Source: an uncultured Poribacteria bacterium
Lineage (GTDB): Bacteria > Poribacteria > WGA-4E > WGA-3G
DNA length: 64,000 nt
Direction: 5' to 3'
Assembly: GCA_958296135.2 (NCBI GenBank)
Contig: CATQHZ020000001.1
Location: forward strand, 800,001 to 864,000
This document shows positions 47,801-57,804 of the stretch, piece by piece. The notes below the pieces were generated by a model. The model worked only from the letters and a program-made list of their open reading frames with translations, was not told where the DNA came from and did not search any database. Made by a program: the position numbers and the translations under genes. How positions within the stretch are numbered: the first letter of the stretch is position 1; each line of letters opens with the position of its first letter.

Positions 47801-48502
47801 TTATTTCGCCTTGAGCGCGCCCCACGTTGTCGCCAGTTTGTTTTGCGGCTCAACTGCGGTTTGCGGGTCTGTCTCGTTCGGATTGAATTCGACATCTGTT
47901 GTGGCGAAAATTTTGTCGATGTAGGTGCCATCTTCGCGGTGGACGATATGGAACGTATGTTCGCCATCCGCTAATTCAACTGGGACCGGGTCATCGCCGT
48001 GTTGGACGAGCTCGGTGCCTTCAAAAGGGCCGTCGCGCGTATTCAACCGGAACCAGACCCACTCGGTAGTATAGTTCACCCGGAGTGCCTCTTGTTCAAA
48101 GAAATCCCAGATGTTCATGGTAGCGTTGTTGTTTGAGACAGCGTCGCCATCGGCGATGTCAAACGCCCAGTACATGGAATTATCGGCGACGGAGGGAGCG
48201 ATGATGCGTCCCCAGAAGTGCCAATTGTCGGCTTCCACCGAGAATTCATATTTCACCCAGGCATCTCCATCGTTACCGATGCCGTTAGCGGAGCCGATGA
48301 AGGCACCGCCGGATGCTTCGGCGACGGTGTAGTCATCAATGCCTTCGGCGGCGTTCCCCGCCTGGTCTGACGGTGCCTTGAATACCTCGAATTTGTCGCC
48401 GTTTGAGGCATCAAAGTTCTCTGCTTCCCAGCTGATGTATTTCTGGGCGAACACCGGCGAGGCGATGAGGCAAAATAGTGCCAATAAAACAATAGTTCGC
48501 AT
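47801..48502 (-). CDS. Secreted jelly-roll (CBM-like) protein with C-terminal 'VEPQNKLATTWGALK' motif
   Basis: Signal peptide; 'WEAENFD', 'WGR', 'DNS', 'HREDGTYIDKI'. AAGGAGG RBS. Confidence 0.85.
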   Translation of the reverse strand: MRTIVLLALFCLIASPVFAQKYISWEAENFDASNGDKFEVFKAPSDQAGNAAEGIDDYTVAEASGGAFIGSANGIGNDGDAWVKYEFSVEADNWHFWGRIIAPSVADNSMYWAFDIADGDAVSNNNATMNIWDFFEQEALRVNYTTEWVWFRLNTRDGPFEGTELVQHGDDPVPVELADGEHTFHIVHREDGTYIDKIFATTDVEFNPNETDPQTAVEPQNKLATTWGALKAK

Positions 48503-48694
48503 AAACAAACCTCCTTATACTCAACTCACTTCTGTAGTTCGGGTTTGCAACCCTCCGATGCTAGTGACATCCGGAGCCCGAACAGGTTTAGAACGTGCAG
48601 ATTATTCCGCATTAGCACAGATTCGTGCGTATTTCTGCTACCTGCAACGAGCCCTACAGAGGGAGACAATTGAACGTAATTTAGATTAAGAATT

Positions 48695-48764
48695 ATTATA
48701 GCAAAATCCACAAAAAGATGCAAATTAAAAAACCCTTGCGAAATCTGCAGGTGCATGCTACAAT
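48695..48764. promoter_or_regulatory. Back-to-back sigma70-type promoters
   Basis: Minus: TTGCAT-17-TATAAT (48723 to 48695). Plus: TTGCGA-17-TACAAT (48736-48764). Confidence 0.6.
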
Positions 48765-48881
48765 TATCATATAAGACTTACGTAGAACAAACCCGGTAGG
48801 CGTGGTTTGAGACCGCGGCTACCAGTGGCGGATTTAAATCCTGTCATAGACAACATTCTGCCCACGAAAGGTAAACCATAG

Positions 48882-49673
48882 GTGGCTATCAACACACATT
48901 CGTTTCCTGCCTATATCGCCTTGTTTAAGGTGACACTCCGCCAGATGTTTTGGAGTCGGCGCACGATGCTGATTCTGCTTGGGTGCGTGCTGACGCTGGT
49001 TGTCGCGCTCGTGTTTCGGTTCATGGCGCGCGGTGCGGGGAGCGTGAACCGCTTTATTCCAGAGATGACGCTGGGGTTATACGGACTTTTGACGAACTTG
49101 TGCTCCATTTTCTACGGGACGGCGATTATCTCCGATGAGATTGAGGGAAAAGGGCTCACCTATCTCCAAATGCGGCCGCTCCGCAAGTCGGCCGTGCTGC
49201 TGAGCAAGTTTGCCGCCTATCTCGTTGGCACGGTTGCGCTTATCGCATCATCGCATTTGATACTGACGTGCATTGTAGTTACGCATTCAAAGCTGCAAAA
49301 CGGTATTTTTTTCCATATCGGCATGAGTTTCCTCTATTCTGCCGCGCTGGGGTTAGGTTTGCTTACCTACGGTGCGCTCGCCGCGGTCTTGGCGGTGCGG
49401 TTTAAACACCCGGTGCTGTGGGGGTTGCTGTTCGTCTTGGGATGGGAAAATCTGACAATCCAACCGATGATGCCGATGGGTATCAAACGGCTCTCTATGG
49501 CGCATTATCTCTTGCGGCTCTACCCCGATTACAAGCTGTCGCCGGAGTTAATTGCCCTGCGCGGGAACGAACCGCCATCGGTGTGGGTGGCGTTTCTAGT
49601 TGTCTGCGTGCTGACGGTAGGCTTGCTATGGCTGGCGAGCCGCATTTTCCGGGAGCGCGAGTATTTGATGTGA
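48882..49673 (+). CDS. ABC-2-type transporter permease
   Basis: 6 TM; 'ISDEIEGKGLTYL..RPL.K..VLL.KF'. Confidence 0.85.
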   Translation: MAINTHSFPAYIALFKVTLRQMFWSRRTMLILLGCVLTLVVALVFRFMARGAGSVNRFIPEMTLGLYGLLTNLCSIFYGTAIISDEIEGKGLTYLQMRPLRKSAVLLSKFAAYLVGTVALIASSHLILTCIVVTHSKLQNGIFFHIGMSFLYSAALGLGLLTYGALAAVLAVRFKHPVLWGLLFVLGWENLTIQPMMPMGIKRLSMAHYLLRLYPDYKLSPELIALRGNEPPSVWVAFLVVCVLTVGLLWLASRIFREREYLM

Positions 49674-49731
49674 AGAACGTTAGAAGCAAAAGTGGTGTGT
49701 TGGCTGCGCGCCTACAAACGGAGGGATAAAA

Positions 49732-50193
49732 ATGAAAATCATTGTTGTTTTGCTGATAGGGTTGTTTTTGGTAACCTCGCCGGCGTTTGGCGCGCTCACG
49801 GCGGAAGATTTGCAAGCGGTGGAGCGGCTCCTGCAACCGATAATCAACGAGCTCAGCCAGGTGAAGAGGGAACTCAGGGAACTGAAGGCTGATGTTATGG
49901 CTTTGCAGCGTGAAGTCGGCGAGCTGAAGGGCGAGGTGCGCGGGCAGGGGGCCCGGATAACCGACCAGGGTGCTCAAATGCGGGCGCAGACGAATGCGCT
50001 GCTGGTTGTGGCAGGGCTGCTGGTAATGGTGCTGCTGTGGATGCTCAAGCAGCAGTGGGATGCCCGGCGTGAAGACCAGGAGAAAAACGCTGCACTGCAA
50101 GCGGAGGTTGCTCAGTTGCAGGCGGAGAACGAACGCCTCAGACCACGGATTGTGACGGAGCGGGGTAACCCTGCCACAGGGAACGCGCCCTAA
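49732..50193 (+). CDS. Exported coiled-coil protein with an internal TM helix
   Basis: GGAGG RBS; signal peptide 'SPAFG-ALTAEDL', coiled coil, TM, coiled coil. Confidence 0.75.
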   Translation: MKIIVVLLIGLFLVTSPAFGALTAEDLQAVERLLQPIINELSQVKRELRELKADVMALQREVGELKGEVRGQGARITDQGAQMRAQTNALLVVAGLLVMVLLWMLKQQWDARREDQEKNAALQAEVAQLQAENERLRPRIVTERGNPATGNAP

Positions 50194-50252
50194 CGAGAGA
50201 TGGAAAACAGATTCGACTCCTCCCTACGGGAAGGGGATACGGTACCGGCATG

Positions 50253-51467
50253 TCACGCCGAAAGAACGCGCGCTGTCTCCCGCGCGACGATAATCTCCTC
50301 ATTCGTCGAGACGACGAGAATCTTGGCGCGGCTATCCCTCTCGGAAATATCCGCTTCGCCAGTCGCCTGCCGGTTTTTCTCTGCGTCCAACCGAATCCCG
50401 CACCATTCCAGTCCCTCGCAGATTTTTGCGCGCGTTGTCGCGCTCTTCTCCCCGATGCCGCCGGCAAAAGCGATGACATCCACGCCGCCGAGCGCGGCGA
50501 TATACGCGCCGATATATTTTTTCACGCCGTAGACGTAAGTTTCTAGTGCGAGTCGCGCATTGTCATTGCCCGCCTGCATCGCCGTCTCCACATCGCGCAT
50601 ATCGCCGCTGGTGCCGGAGATGCCTTTCATCCCCGATTCTTCAATCAGCTGCCGACGAATTTCGTCGGTAGACACCCCCTCTTTGTCCATCAGATACAGC
50701 ACGGCGAACGTGTCCAACTCGCCGCAGCGGGTGGACTGGATCATCCCGTATTGCGTAGAAGTGCCCATGGATGTATCTATAGATTTTCCGTTCTTGATGG
50801 CACAGAGTGACGAGCTCCCGCCAAGGTGACAGGAGATAATCCTGTGGGTGCGCCCTCCCGGTTGCGATTCATCTCCCGATTGCGCCATCATTTCTGGCAC
50901 GCGTTCAGCAATATAACGATGCGAGGCACCGTGGTATCCGTATCGGCGGATATCGTGCTGTTCCACCCAAAAGCGCGGCACGCCGAATTCGGCGGCATAA
51001 TCCGGGATAGTTTGATGGAACCATGTCTCGAAAACAGCGACAAGCGGCATCGTCGGGAGCAGTTCCTGAAAGGCCCGAATCGAGGCGATATAGGCGGGGT
51101 TGTGCATCGGTGCGAGCGGCGTGGAGGCCTCTAGTGCCGCGATGACATTTTCGGTTATCCGCGCTGAACGCCAATAGCCTTTCGCGAGAATCGTTTTGAA
51201 TCCGACACCGTCCAATTCGCTCAGGGCTGCCATGCAGCCGACTTCCTTATCGGTGATGAGATTGATAGCGTGTGCGATGGCATGGGTATGCGTCGGCGCG
51301 TCGATTTCACCTTCGCGTGGCGGTTTGCCTGGCACGGCGTGCGTAAACGCCGATGGCGAATTCCCAATCCGTTCCACACCGCCCTTGACGAGTGAGGTTT
51401 CGGTTGTCATATCAATGATTTGGTATTTGAACGAGGTGCTACCTACGTTCGCACAAAGAATGCGCAT
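50253..51467 (-). CDS. ackA: Acetate/propionate kinase
   Basis: 'NVGSTSFKY', 'APMHNP', 'RRYGYHGASH', 'CHLGGSSS', 'DTSMG', 'GGIGE', 'TNEE'. Confidence 0.92.
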   Translation of the reverse strand: MRILCANVGSTSFKYQIIDMTTETSLVKGGVERIGNSPSAFTHAVPGKPPREGEIDAPTHTHAIAHAINLITDKEVGCMAALSELDGVGFKTILAKGYWRSARITENVIAALEASTPLAPMHNPAYIASIRAFQELLPTMPLVAVFETWFHQTIPDYAAEFGVPRFWVEQHDIRRYGYHGASHRYIAERVPEMMAQSGDESQPGGRTHRIISCHLGGSSSLCAIKNGKSIDTSMGTSTQYGMIQSTRCGELDTFAVLYLMDKEGVSTDEIRRQLIEESGMKGISGTSGDMRDVETAMQAGNDNARLALETYVYGVKKYIGAYIAALGGVDVIAFAGGIGEKSATTRAKICEGLEWCGIRLDAEKNRQATGEADISERDSRAKILVVSTNEEIIVARETARVLSA

Positions 51468-51549
51468 GGTGTTTTTTCTCCGTTGTAAATGGGGATATAA
51501 TAGCATATTTAGGGGAACGCGGTCAAGTCAGTAATATGGGGTGCCCGAG

Positions 51550-53035
51550 GCGTGGCGCGGGAGCGGGGGCTGCCGTGGGGTTCGACCGATCGCGAGGGTT
51601 CCCCTCGGCGAGTAGAAGGGGCGTTTTGGGAGGTCGAGAGATCGCGAGGGACAGTGGACATCTCTGCAGCGAGGCTGCAGAGATGACAACGTTTCGGCGT
51701 AACGGCCCTCGCGCTACGGTTAAAAGGTGCCTGTTTCGCGCGACGATTAAAAGGCGCTTAGTCCGTAGGGCGCGGTCCTGTGCTGCGCCGTGCATCGGTC
51801 TATCAAGAGGGATTGCGAGGAACAAGTTTTCCCGCGCGCGAGGGTGAAAAGGGGCCTTTCTTATCGGTCGAGAGATCGCGGCGGACAGTGGACATCTCTG
51901 CAGCGAGGCGGCAGAGATGACAAAGTTTCGGCGTGACGGCCCTCGCGCTACGGTGAAAAGGGGCCTGTTTCGCGCGACGATTAAAAGGCCCCTTAGTCCG
52001 TAGGGCGAGGGCCTGTCCCTCGCCATGCTGCGGTCTAGCGAGAGGGATTGCGAGGAACAAGTTTTCCCGCGCGCGAGGGTGAAAGGGGGCCTTTCTTATC
52101 GGTCGAGAGATCGCGGCGGACAGTGGACATCTCTGCAGCGAGGCGGCAGAGATGACAAAGTTTCGGCGTAACGGCCGCCGCGCTACGGTGAAAAGGGGCC
52201 TGTTTCGCGCGACGATTAAAAGGCCCTTAGTCCGTAGGGCGCGGTCCTGTGCCGCGCCATGCTTCGGTGAAAAGGCCCCTTAGTCCGTAGGGCGCGGTCC
52301 TGTGCTGCGCCGTGCATCGGTCTATCAAGAGGGATTGCGAGGAACAAGTTTTCCCGCGCGCGAGGGTGAAAGGGGGCCTTTCTTATCGGTCGAGAGATCG
52401 CGGCGGACAGTGGACATCTCTGCAGCGAGGCGGCAGAGATGACAAAGTTTCGGCGTAACGGCCCTCGCGCTACGGTGAAAAGGTGCCTGTTTTGCGCGAC
52501 GATTAAAAGGCCCTTAGTCCGTAGGGCGCGGTCCTGTGCTGCGCCATGCGTCGATCTGCAGAGGAGATGGCGGTAGTCCGGGATTTCGCGCGTTTTTTGT
52601 GTAGGTCGGTAGATCGCGAGGGACAGGCCCTCGCGCTACGGTGAAAAGGGGCCTGTTTCGCGCGACGGTGAAGAGGCCCCTTAGTCCGTAGGGCGAGGGC
52701 CTGTCCCTCGCCATGCTGCGGTCTAGCGAGAGGAATCGCGAGGAACAGGTCCTTGCGCGAGGGTGAAAAGGTGCCTTTCTTGTCGGTCGAGAGATCGCGA
52801 GGGACAGTGGACATCTCTGCAGCGGGACTGCAGAGATGACAAAGTTTCGGCGTAACGGCCCTCGCGCTACGGTGAAAGGGGCCGTTTAGCGGCGAACAGG
52901 CCCTCGCGCTACGGTGAAAAGGCCCTTAGTCCGTAGGGCGCGGTCCTGTGCTGCGCCATGCTGCGGTGAAAAGGGGGCTTTCTTGTCGCGCGAACGATCG
53001 CGAGGGACAGGCCCTCGCGCTACGGTTAAAGGGCC
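51550..53035. repeat. REP/REPIN mosaic array 1 (BIME-like), about five higher-order units
   Basis: Units start GGTCGAGAGATCGCG at 51632, 51866, 52101, 52388 and 52785 (periods 234, 235, 287, 397); alternating GTAGGGCG.GG..TGT.C..CGCC and GCGAGGGACA..GGCCCTCGCGCTAC modules. Confidence 0.92.
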
Positions 53036-53086
53036 GTTTTGAATCGCAAAAAAATGATAGCATCTAAAAGAATACACATTTTTAAT

Positions 53087-53115
53087 TTGACAAGCGCGCA
53101 AAAATGTGGTATAAT
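53087..53115 (+). promoter_or_regulatory. Perfect-consensus sigma70 promoter for the large surface-protein locus
   Basis: TTGACA-17 nt-TATAAT with extended -10 TG. Confidence 0.85.
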
Positions 53116-53307
53116 ATCTATGTCATTAATTAGGGGCATGAAAGTTAACGCCACGAAAAAGGAGCACGAATGTGAACACTCAATTCCGCGCGGATCACCC
53201 GATTCGCCTGCAGATATCTGTGAAAGCGACGCTGAAGCCACCGCGGCTGCGCGCCGTATCCCCGTTTGCGTTTGCGCGTCCCGTTGACGATGCCCTAGAC
53301 CGGATCA

Positions 53308-53317
53308 CCCCCCCCCC
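53308..53317 (+). repeat. Poly-C (C10) homopolymer in the leader
   Basis: GGATCA-CCCCCCCCCC-ATTAC; the longest homopolymer I noticed in the window. Confidence 0.85.
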
Positions 53318-53695
53318 ATTACTTTACGCTCGTTAACCATCGATATACTCGGCAGGAAGGGGCTCCGGGGGGATATCCTTGCTCACAATTCCAATATGAA
53401 AAACCGCGCGCGGTGCACGCGCGCGACTCACATTGCTCCGTGGCAGCCGCTCACGTTCGCGTGGACGCGGCTGCCACGGGGCTCTTCGCGTTGCACCGTC
53501 GGCTGCAACGTCGAGGGCCACCAGCGTTGTTCCGGGGAAATTTCTGTCCCCACTAGGGATATAAAGGGGCAGGATAGCCGTGGGCATTCGCCCACGGTTA
53601 CCCTGTTTTCTCCGAGACTGCGACATCTGCTGCGCTCCACTGCAATCGGTGCGGCGGCAACGGTATTATCGGGACCCGAGGTCCCTCCTACTCTT

Positions 53696-53861
53696 CATGT
53701 TTCCGCCGCAATCGGTGTGGTGGAAACTCTAAGGCAAGTCGAGACCGGGAGGTCTCTCCTACATGTTTCCGCCGCAATCGGTGTGGTGGAAACTCTAAGG
53801 CAAGTCGAGACCGGGAGGTCTCTCCTACATGTTTCCGCCGCAATCGGTGGGGCGGAAACTC
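53696..53861 (+). repeat. 66-bp tandem repeat, 2.5 copies
   Basis: CATGTTTCCGCCGCAATCGGTG... starts at 53696, 53762 and 53828; the first two units are identical. Confidence 0.95.
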
Positions 53862-53908
53862 CCTATTCATTTTATTTCATTTCATTTTTCTAAGAGGAGA
53901 ATTTTCCT

Positions 53909-56900
53909 ATGAAAAGGCATTCCATTTTTTTCTTATGTTTGCTGCTCGTCGTCGGGATAGTTTCGATGCTCGGCATACCGATAGACGCACAAGCCGTAGA
54001 ATCAGTAGCTGGCATTAAAATCTACGTGAACCCAGAAACGGTGACCAGCTTCGCCGATGCGGGTTATCCAACCGGGGTGCAAACCGGGGTGTCACGTGTA
54101 CGGGGTCACCCGTGGGACAGGGGGCAGGATGGCTACGTGAAACTCGGTACGAGCCACGGCACGGTGAGCGGCGGTACCGAGATTACTGACTCCAACGACC
54201 ACGATAGCGCAAGCCCCGTCACGGCGGGTGTGGGGGATATCATCGCGATTGTGCTTCATCTACAGAATGTAAGCGTCTGGTACGCAACGTTAGACTTCCC
54301 TGGTTTTGATGCGGCCGGGTTGGCAGCACCAACGGATCTGACAAATAACGCAGACGGGATTAAACAGTCACCGGCTCCTAACGTCTTCTTGGAAGGCCCC
54401 GCTTGGTTCAATCCAGTACTTGCAAATGCTACCGCTGTCTACTATTATAAGGTGAAGGTTGGTGACGTTGATACCGACGGTGGGTGGCTTGATTCTTCAG
54501 CGACGGCTACCCCTTTTTCTAATAACCGATGGCCAGTGACAGGTCAAGCGGCGATCGCGTTCGACACTAGAAATGTCAAGTATCCCATAGTGGATGGCAG
54601 AGTCCCGCAAGTCACCGCTAACCCGTTCCGCGTGAGCAGTACGCCTCCCTCATCCCAAACTGGGGAGTCGCTCTATGCATGGAGCTACCAGAATTGTTAC
54701 CTCCCCTGGAGGGACATGGGCGCAGGTTATGCAGCCTTGGTGAGTTGCTATACCGTCGGACATCCCGTTGAATTGTCGTATCTGCTCGGGGATATCGAGA
54801 TCACGACGGGCCATCGGAGCGACCGGCAGACCTACGGTTTCTATAAAGCCGGCGATATCATCACAATCGAGATGGCCTTTACCGAACCGATACGAGTGCA
54901 GGATAGAAGCATCACATTGGAGTTCAAATGGGATGGAGATGTGCGTTACGCGCCGCTTGCTGACACTCAAGAAGGGACGGCTGCCGATCCCACGCCGACA
55001 GTGCTCACCTTTGCGTATGAAGTGCAGCCGGGCGACCGGACTTTTGGGGGCGGTCTGTTTATCAGGAAGCCCTTTGAGGGGAATGAGTCGGCGATCACAG
55101 ATGTTGCTGGGGACGCCTTTACTTATGAGGGCTCGGGTTATCCCGGGTTTTACCTCGCTGGTTGGGAGCAATCAACGGATGCTGTTCAGCCGACAGTGTG
55201 GATAGACAGGTCTGCAGGTGAAACGGGCACGGCGACGGCGGATTTTGATGTGGTATTCAGTTTCATTAATATCACCCCTTGGACCTATAATCGCGGCAAG
55301 GCGAACGAATCGACGCAGACAGAATATTTCCCGGATGAAGTGCCGGGGTTTTCAAGCGGTGACATCACTATCACGGATGCGTCTGGTGCCTCGTTGCAAA
55401 GTTATCTGGGCGAGGTGGAATTTCTCGGGTTAGCACATTTCAAAAGCGGGGACTACATCCGCTTTGCCATTCCGGCTCTAGCGGCCTATCGTGTCACCGT
55501 TGCGCCGCCGCTCGGTTTCGTCGGCGATGTCACTATCCAATTGCCGGCGGGTGCCACGCAGGACATTGCGGGCAACGGGAATCTGGCATCGCATACGTTA
55601 GTGGTGCCGGTGGACAACCCGTTGCGCGTGGTTGAAACGCCGGAGATTGTCAAGCCCGCAGCCGGTGTCCATGCCGCCGGGGATAAGATTGAAGTGTCGG
55701 TGACGTATGCCCGGGAGAATCTGCGGTATGAAGGGACGAACCCGCCGTATCTGGTGGTGTATGTGGGTGAACAGGTGTTAGCGAATGCGCGGCATGCTGT
55801 TTGGACAGCGGCGGCAGACACGAATTCGACGAAAGTGACGTTTGCGTATACGGTGGCAGCCACAGACCCGGTGGCAGAGACAGTGCGTGTTCCCTCTGTC
55901 AATATACTGGTGCCGTCAGGGACGACGTTGCTGTCTGGGCAACAGCGGCAGATAGGCACAGCGGCGCCAGCGGCGGCTTCTGGCACTGCGCCGCCCTCGG
56001 TGCCGGCAGCAGACCCGGCTCCGTTGGAAGATACGTCTGGGCGGGAGGTTTCGCCTGTCGTTCAGGAGACCCTGGTGTTGCCGGTTGTGCCGTTTTTCCT
56101 TGAGGAGACTTCGCCGAAGGCTGCTGCGTCTGCTGTGCCACGTTCGCCCATTGTTTTCAACGAGTTGGGCAATGGCAGCGGCGATGCAAACGACTGGCTG
56201 GAGCTCCGCAATGTCACGGGTTCGGAGGTATCCCTGAAAGACTATGAGCTTTCGGTTGTGGCCGATGGGGAAAAGGAAGATACATCGCTCGTCGTTTTCG
56301 CGGATGTGAGCGTGCCTGCGAATGGGCTCTTACTCATCACGAACAGTGCGCCGGATAAAACGCCGCTGGCAGGTGGTGAGCAGAAAGGGTTGTCGCATGC
56401 GTTTTTAGTGGATGATAAGCTATCCTTGCCGGATGATGGGCAGTTCCTGTTGATTCTGCGGAACGCGAAGGAGAAACTCGGTATGAACGCGGCATTTGTC
56501 GATGTCGCCGGTGGCGGTGGCAGTGACACGGATGCGTTCGTTCGCGAGCAGACGGGTGACTATGATACCTACGTGTGGCCGTTGCAAGTGCGTCAGGCAC
56601 CGGGTGGCGATACGGCATCGGCTCTCGGCTCTGGTAAGGTGTGGCAGCGCGCGAAGGCAGATATTGTGGGTTACCACAAAGATGCCTGGGCGGAAGCCGC
56701 CTTCACCGGTATCGGCTATGACAGGACTGTCTCGAAGTCTGCTGCGACGGGTGGCACGCCGGGGTATCCGAATGGTGCCGTGAAAACGGCAGCAGCTACG
56801 CCGAAGGGTAGTATCACCATCAGCGAAGTGATGTTCGATTCGGGTGGCGGCACACTGCCGCAATGGATAGAGCTCTACAACGCGTCGAAAACGGAGGCAC

Positions 56901-57802
56901 TGAATCTGAATCGGTGGAAACTAGAGTTCCAGAATGTGGATTCGGAAGATTTGGTAGGGCGGCCGATTGTGGCGTTGACGTTGCAGGAGAAGGTGATTCA
57001 GCCGAATCAGACGCTGCTCATCGTCGCGGGGCCTGCGCGTGCGTCATCAAGCACGGTGTTTCCTGCGGAGCGGGTCTACAACCTGTTGGATTTGCATCAG
57101 AGGAACCTGCGCATTAAGACTGCGCGGGATACGTTCCTGAGCGCGGAAGGGTTCTACCTGAAGCTTACCGATAGCAACGGTAACCTCGTAGACGAGGTTG
57201 GCAACACTGATGGTAATCGTCGGACGAAAGATGCGCCAGCGTGGGCGTTACCGGTGAGTGTTGAGGAAGGCGTTCGGAGTTCGCTGATTCGGCGTTACGA
57301 CAACGGCGTTGCACTGAAAGGGAAGGAGCGTGCGAGTTGGGCTCTGGCATCGAACCTCAAGCGACTCGCCGTGGAAGCCCTCCACTATGGGCATGCCGAG
57401 GACATCGGCACGCCGGGGTATCGCGCTGGCGGTGCGTTGCCGGTGGAGTTGTCAAGTTTCTCGGTGATGCAGAATGAAGCCGGCGCGGTTGTCTTAACAT
57501 GGACGACGGAGTCCGAAGTTGACAATGCTGGCTTCAACTTGCGCCGTAGTGAGAAACGCGACAGCGGTTTCACGCTGCTGAATGCTACGTTAATTGCGGG
57601 TGCTGGCACGACAGGTGAGCGTCAGACGTATACGTTTACAGATACGTCTGCGAAGCCGGGTGTTGAGTACTATTATCAGATCGAGGAAGTCGCGTTTGAT
57701 GGGCGGCCGGCGACGTTGGCGATGCGGATGTTGCGGGGGCCAGTCTCTGCGGCGAATCGGATGCTGACGACGTTCGGTGCTGTGAAGCAGCAGGCGAAAT
57801 AG
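53909..57802 (+). CDS. Large secreted/surface protein: Ig-like repeats, two lamin-tail domains, LPVELSSF module, C-terminal sorting-like motif
   Basis: GAGGAG RBS and signal peptide; two 'AGD.I.....F...L(V)TFAY.V...D' repeats; 'GDVTIQLPAGATQDIAGNGN'; LTD 'IVFNE..DWLELRN' and 'ITISEVM..QWIELYN'; ends 'VSAANRMLTTFGAVKQQAK'. Confidence 0.9.
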   Translation: MKRHSIFFLCLLLVVGIVSMLGIPIDAQAVESVAGIKIYVNPETVTSFADAGYPTGVQTGVSRVRGHPWDRGQDGYVKLGTSHGTVSGGTEITDSNDHDSASPVTAGVGDIIAIVLHLQNVSVWYATLDFPGFDAAGLAAPTDLTNNADGIKQSPAPNVFLEGPAWFNPVLANATAVYYYKVKVGDVDTDGGWLDSSATATPFSNNRWPVTGQAAIAFDTRNVKYPIVDGRVPQVTANPFRVSSTPPSSQTGESLYAWSYQNCYLPWRDMGAGYAALVSCYTVGHPVELSYLLGDIEITTGHRSDRQTYGFYKAGDIITIEMAFTEPIRVQDRSITLEFKWDGDVRYAPLADTQEGTAADPTPTVLTFAYEVQPGDRTFGGGLFIRKPFEGNESAITDVAGDAFTYEGSGYPGFYLAGWEQSTDAVQPTVWIDRSAGETGTATADFDVVFSFINITPWTYNRGKANESTQTEYFPDEVPGFSSGDITITDASGASLQSYLGEVEFLGLAHFKSGDYIRFAIPALAAYRVTVAPPLGFVGDVTIQLPAGATQDIAGNGNLASHTLVVPVDNPLRVVETPEIVKPAAGVHAAGDKIEVSVTYARENLRYEGTNPPYLVVYVGEQVLANARHAVWTAAADTNSTKVTFAYTVAATDPVAETVRVPSVNILVPSGTTLLSGQQRQIGTAAPAAASGTAPPSVPAADPAPLEDTSGREVSPVVQETLVLPVVPFFLEETSPKAAASAVPRSPIVFNELGNGSGDANDWLELRNVTGSEVSLKDYELSVVADGEKEDTSLVVFADVSVPANGLLLITNSAPDKTPLAGGEQKGLSHAFLVDDKLSLPDDGQFLLILRNAKEKLGMNAAFVDVAGGGGSDTDAFVREQTGDYDTYVWPLQVRQAPGGDTASALGSGKVWQRAKADIVGYHKDAWAEAAFTGIGYDRTVSKSAATGGTPGYPNGAVKTAAATPKGSITISEVMFDSGGGTLPQWIELYNASKTEALNLNRWKLEFQNVDSEDLVGRPIVALTLQEKVIQPNQTLLIVAGPARASSSTVFPAERVYNLLDLHQRNLRIKTARDTFLSAEGFYLKLTDSNGNLVDEVGNTDGNRRTKDAPAWALPVSVEEGVRSSLIRRYDNGVALKGKERASWALASNLKRLAVEALHYGHAEDIGTPGYRAGGALPVELSSFSVMQNEAGAVVLTWTTESEVDNAGFNLRRSEKRDSGFTLLNATLIAGAGTTGERQTYTFTDTSAKPGVEYYYQIEEVAFDGRPATLAMRMLRGPVSAANRMLTTFGAVKQQAK

Positions 57803-57804
57803 AT

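Noticed and set aside
51550-53035. CRISPR array
   Set aside because: Inter-repeat segments are themselves repeated, the period is irregular and long, and no cas genes are present. The same applies to 57805-58945 and the 66-bp tandem repeat.
51523-53101. Short ORFs with repeated 'TVARGP' peptides, also at 57636-58708
   Set aside because: Translations of REP modules with no RBS or independent coding evidence.
53909-57802. Diversity-generating retroelement target
   Set aside because: No template/variable repeat pair and no reverse transcriptase seen in the window.
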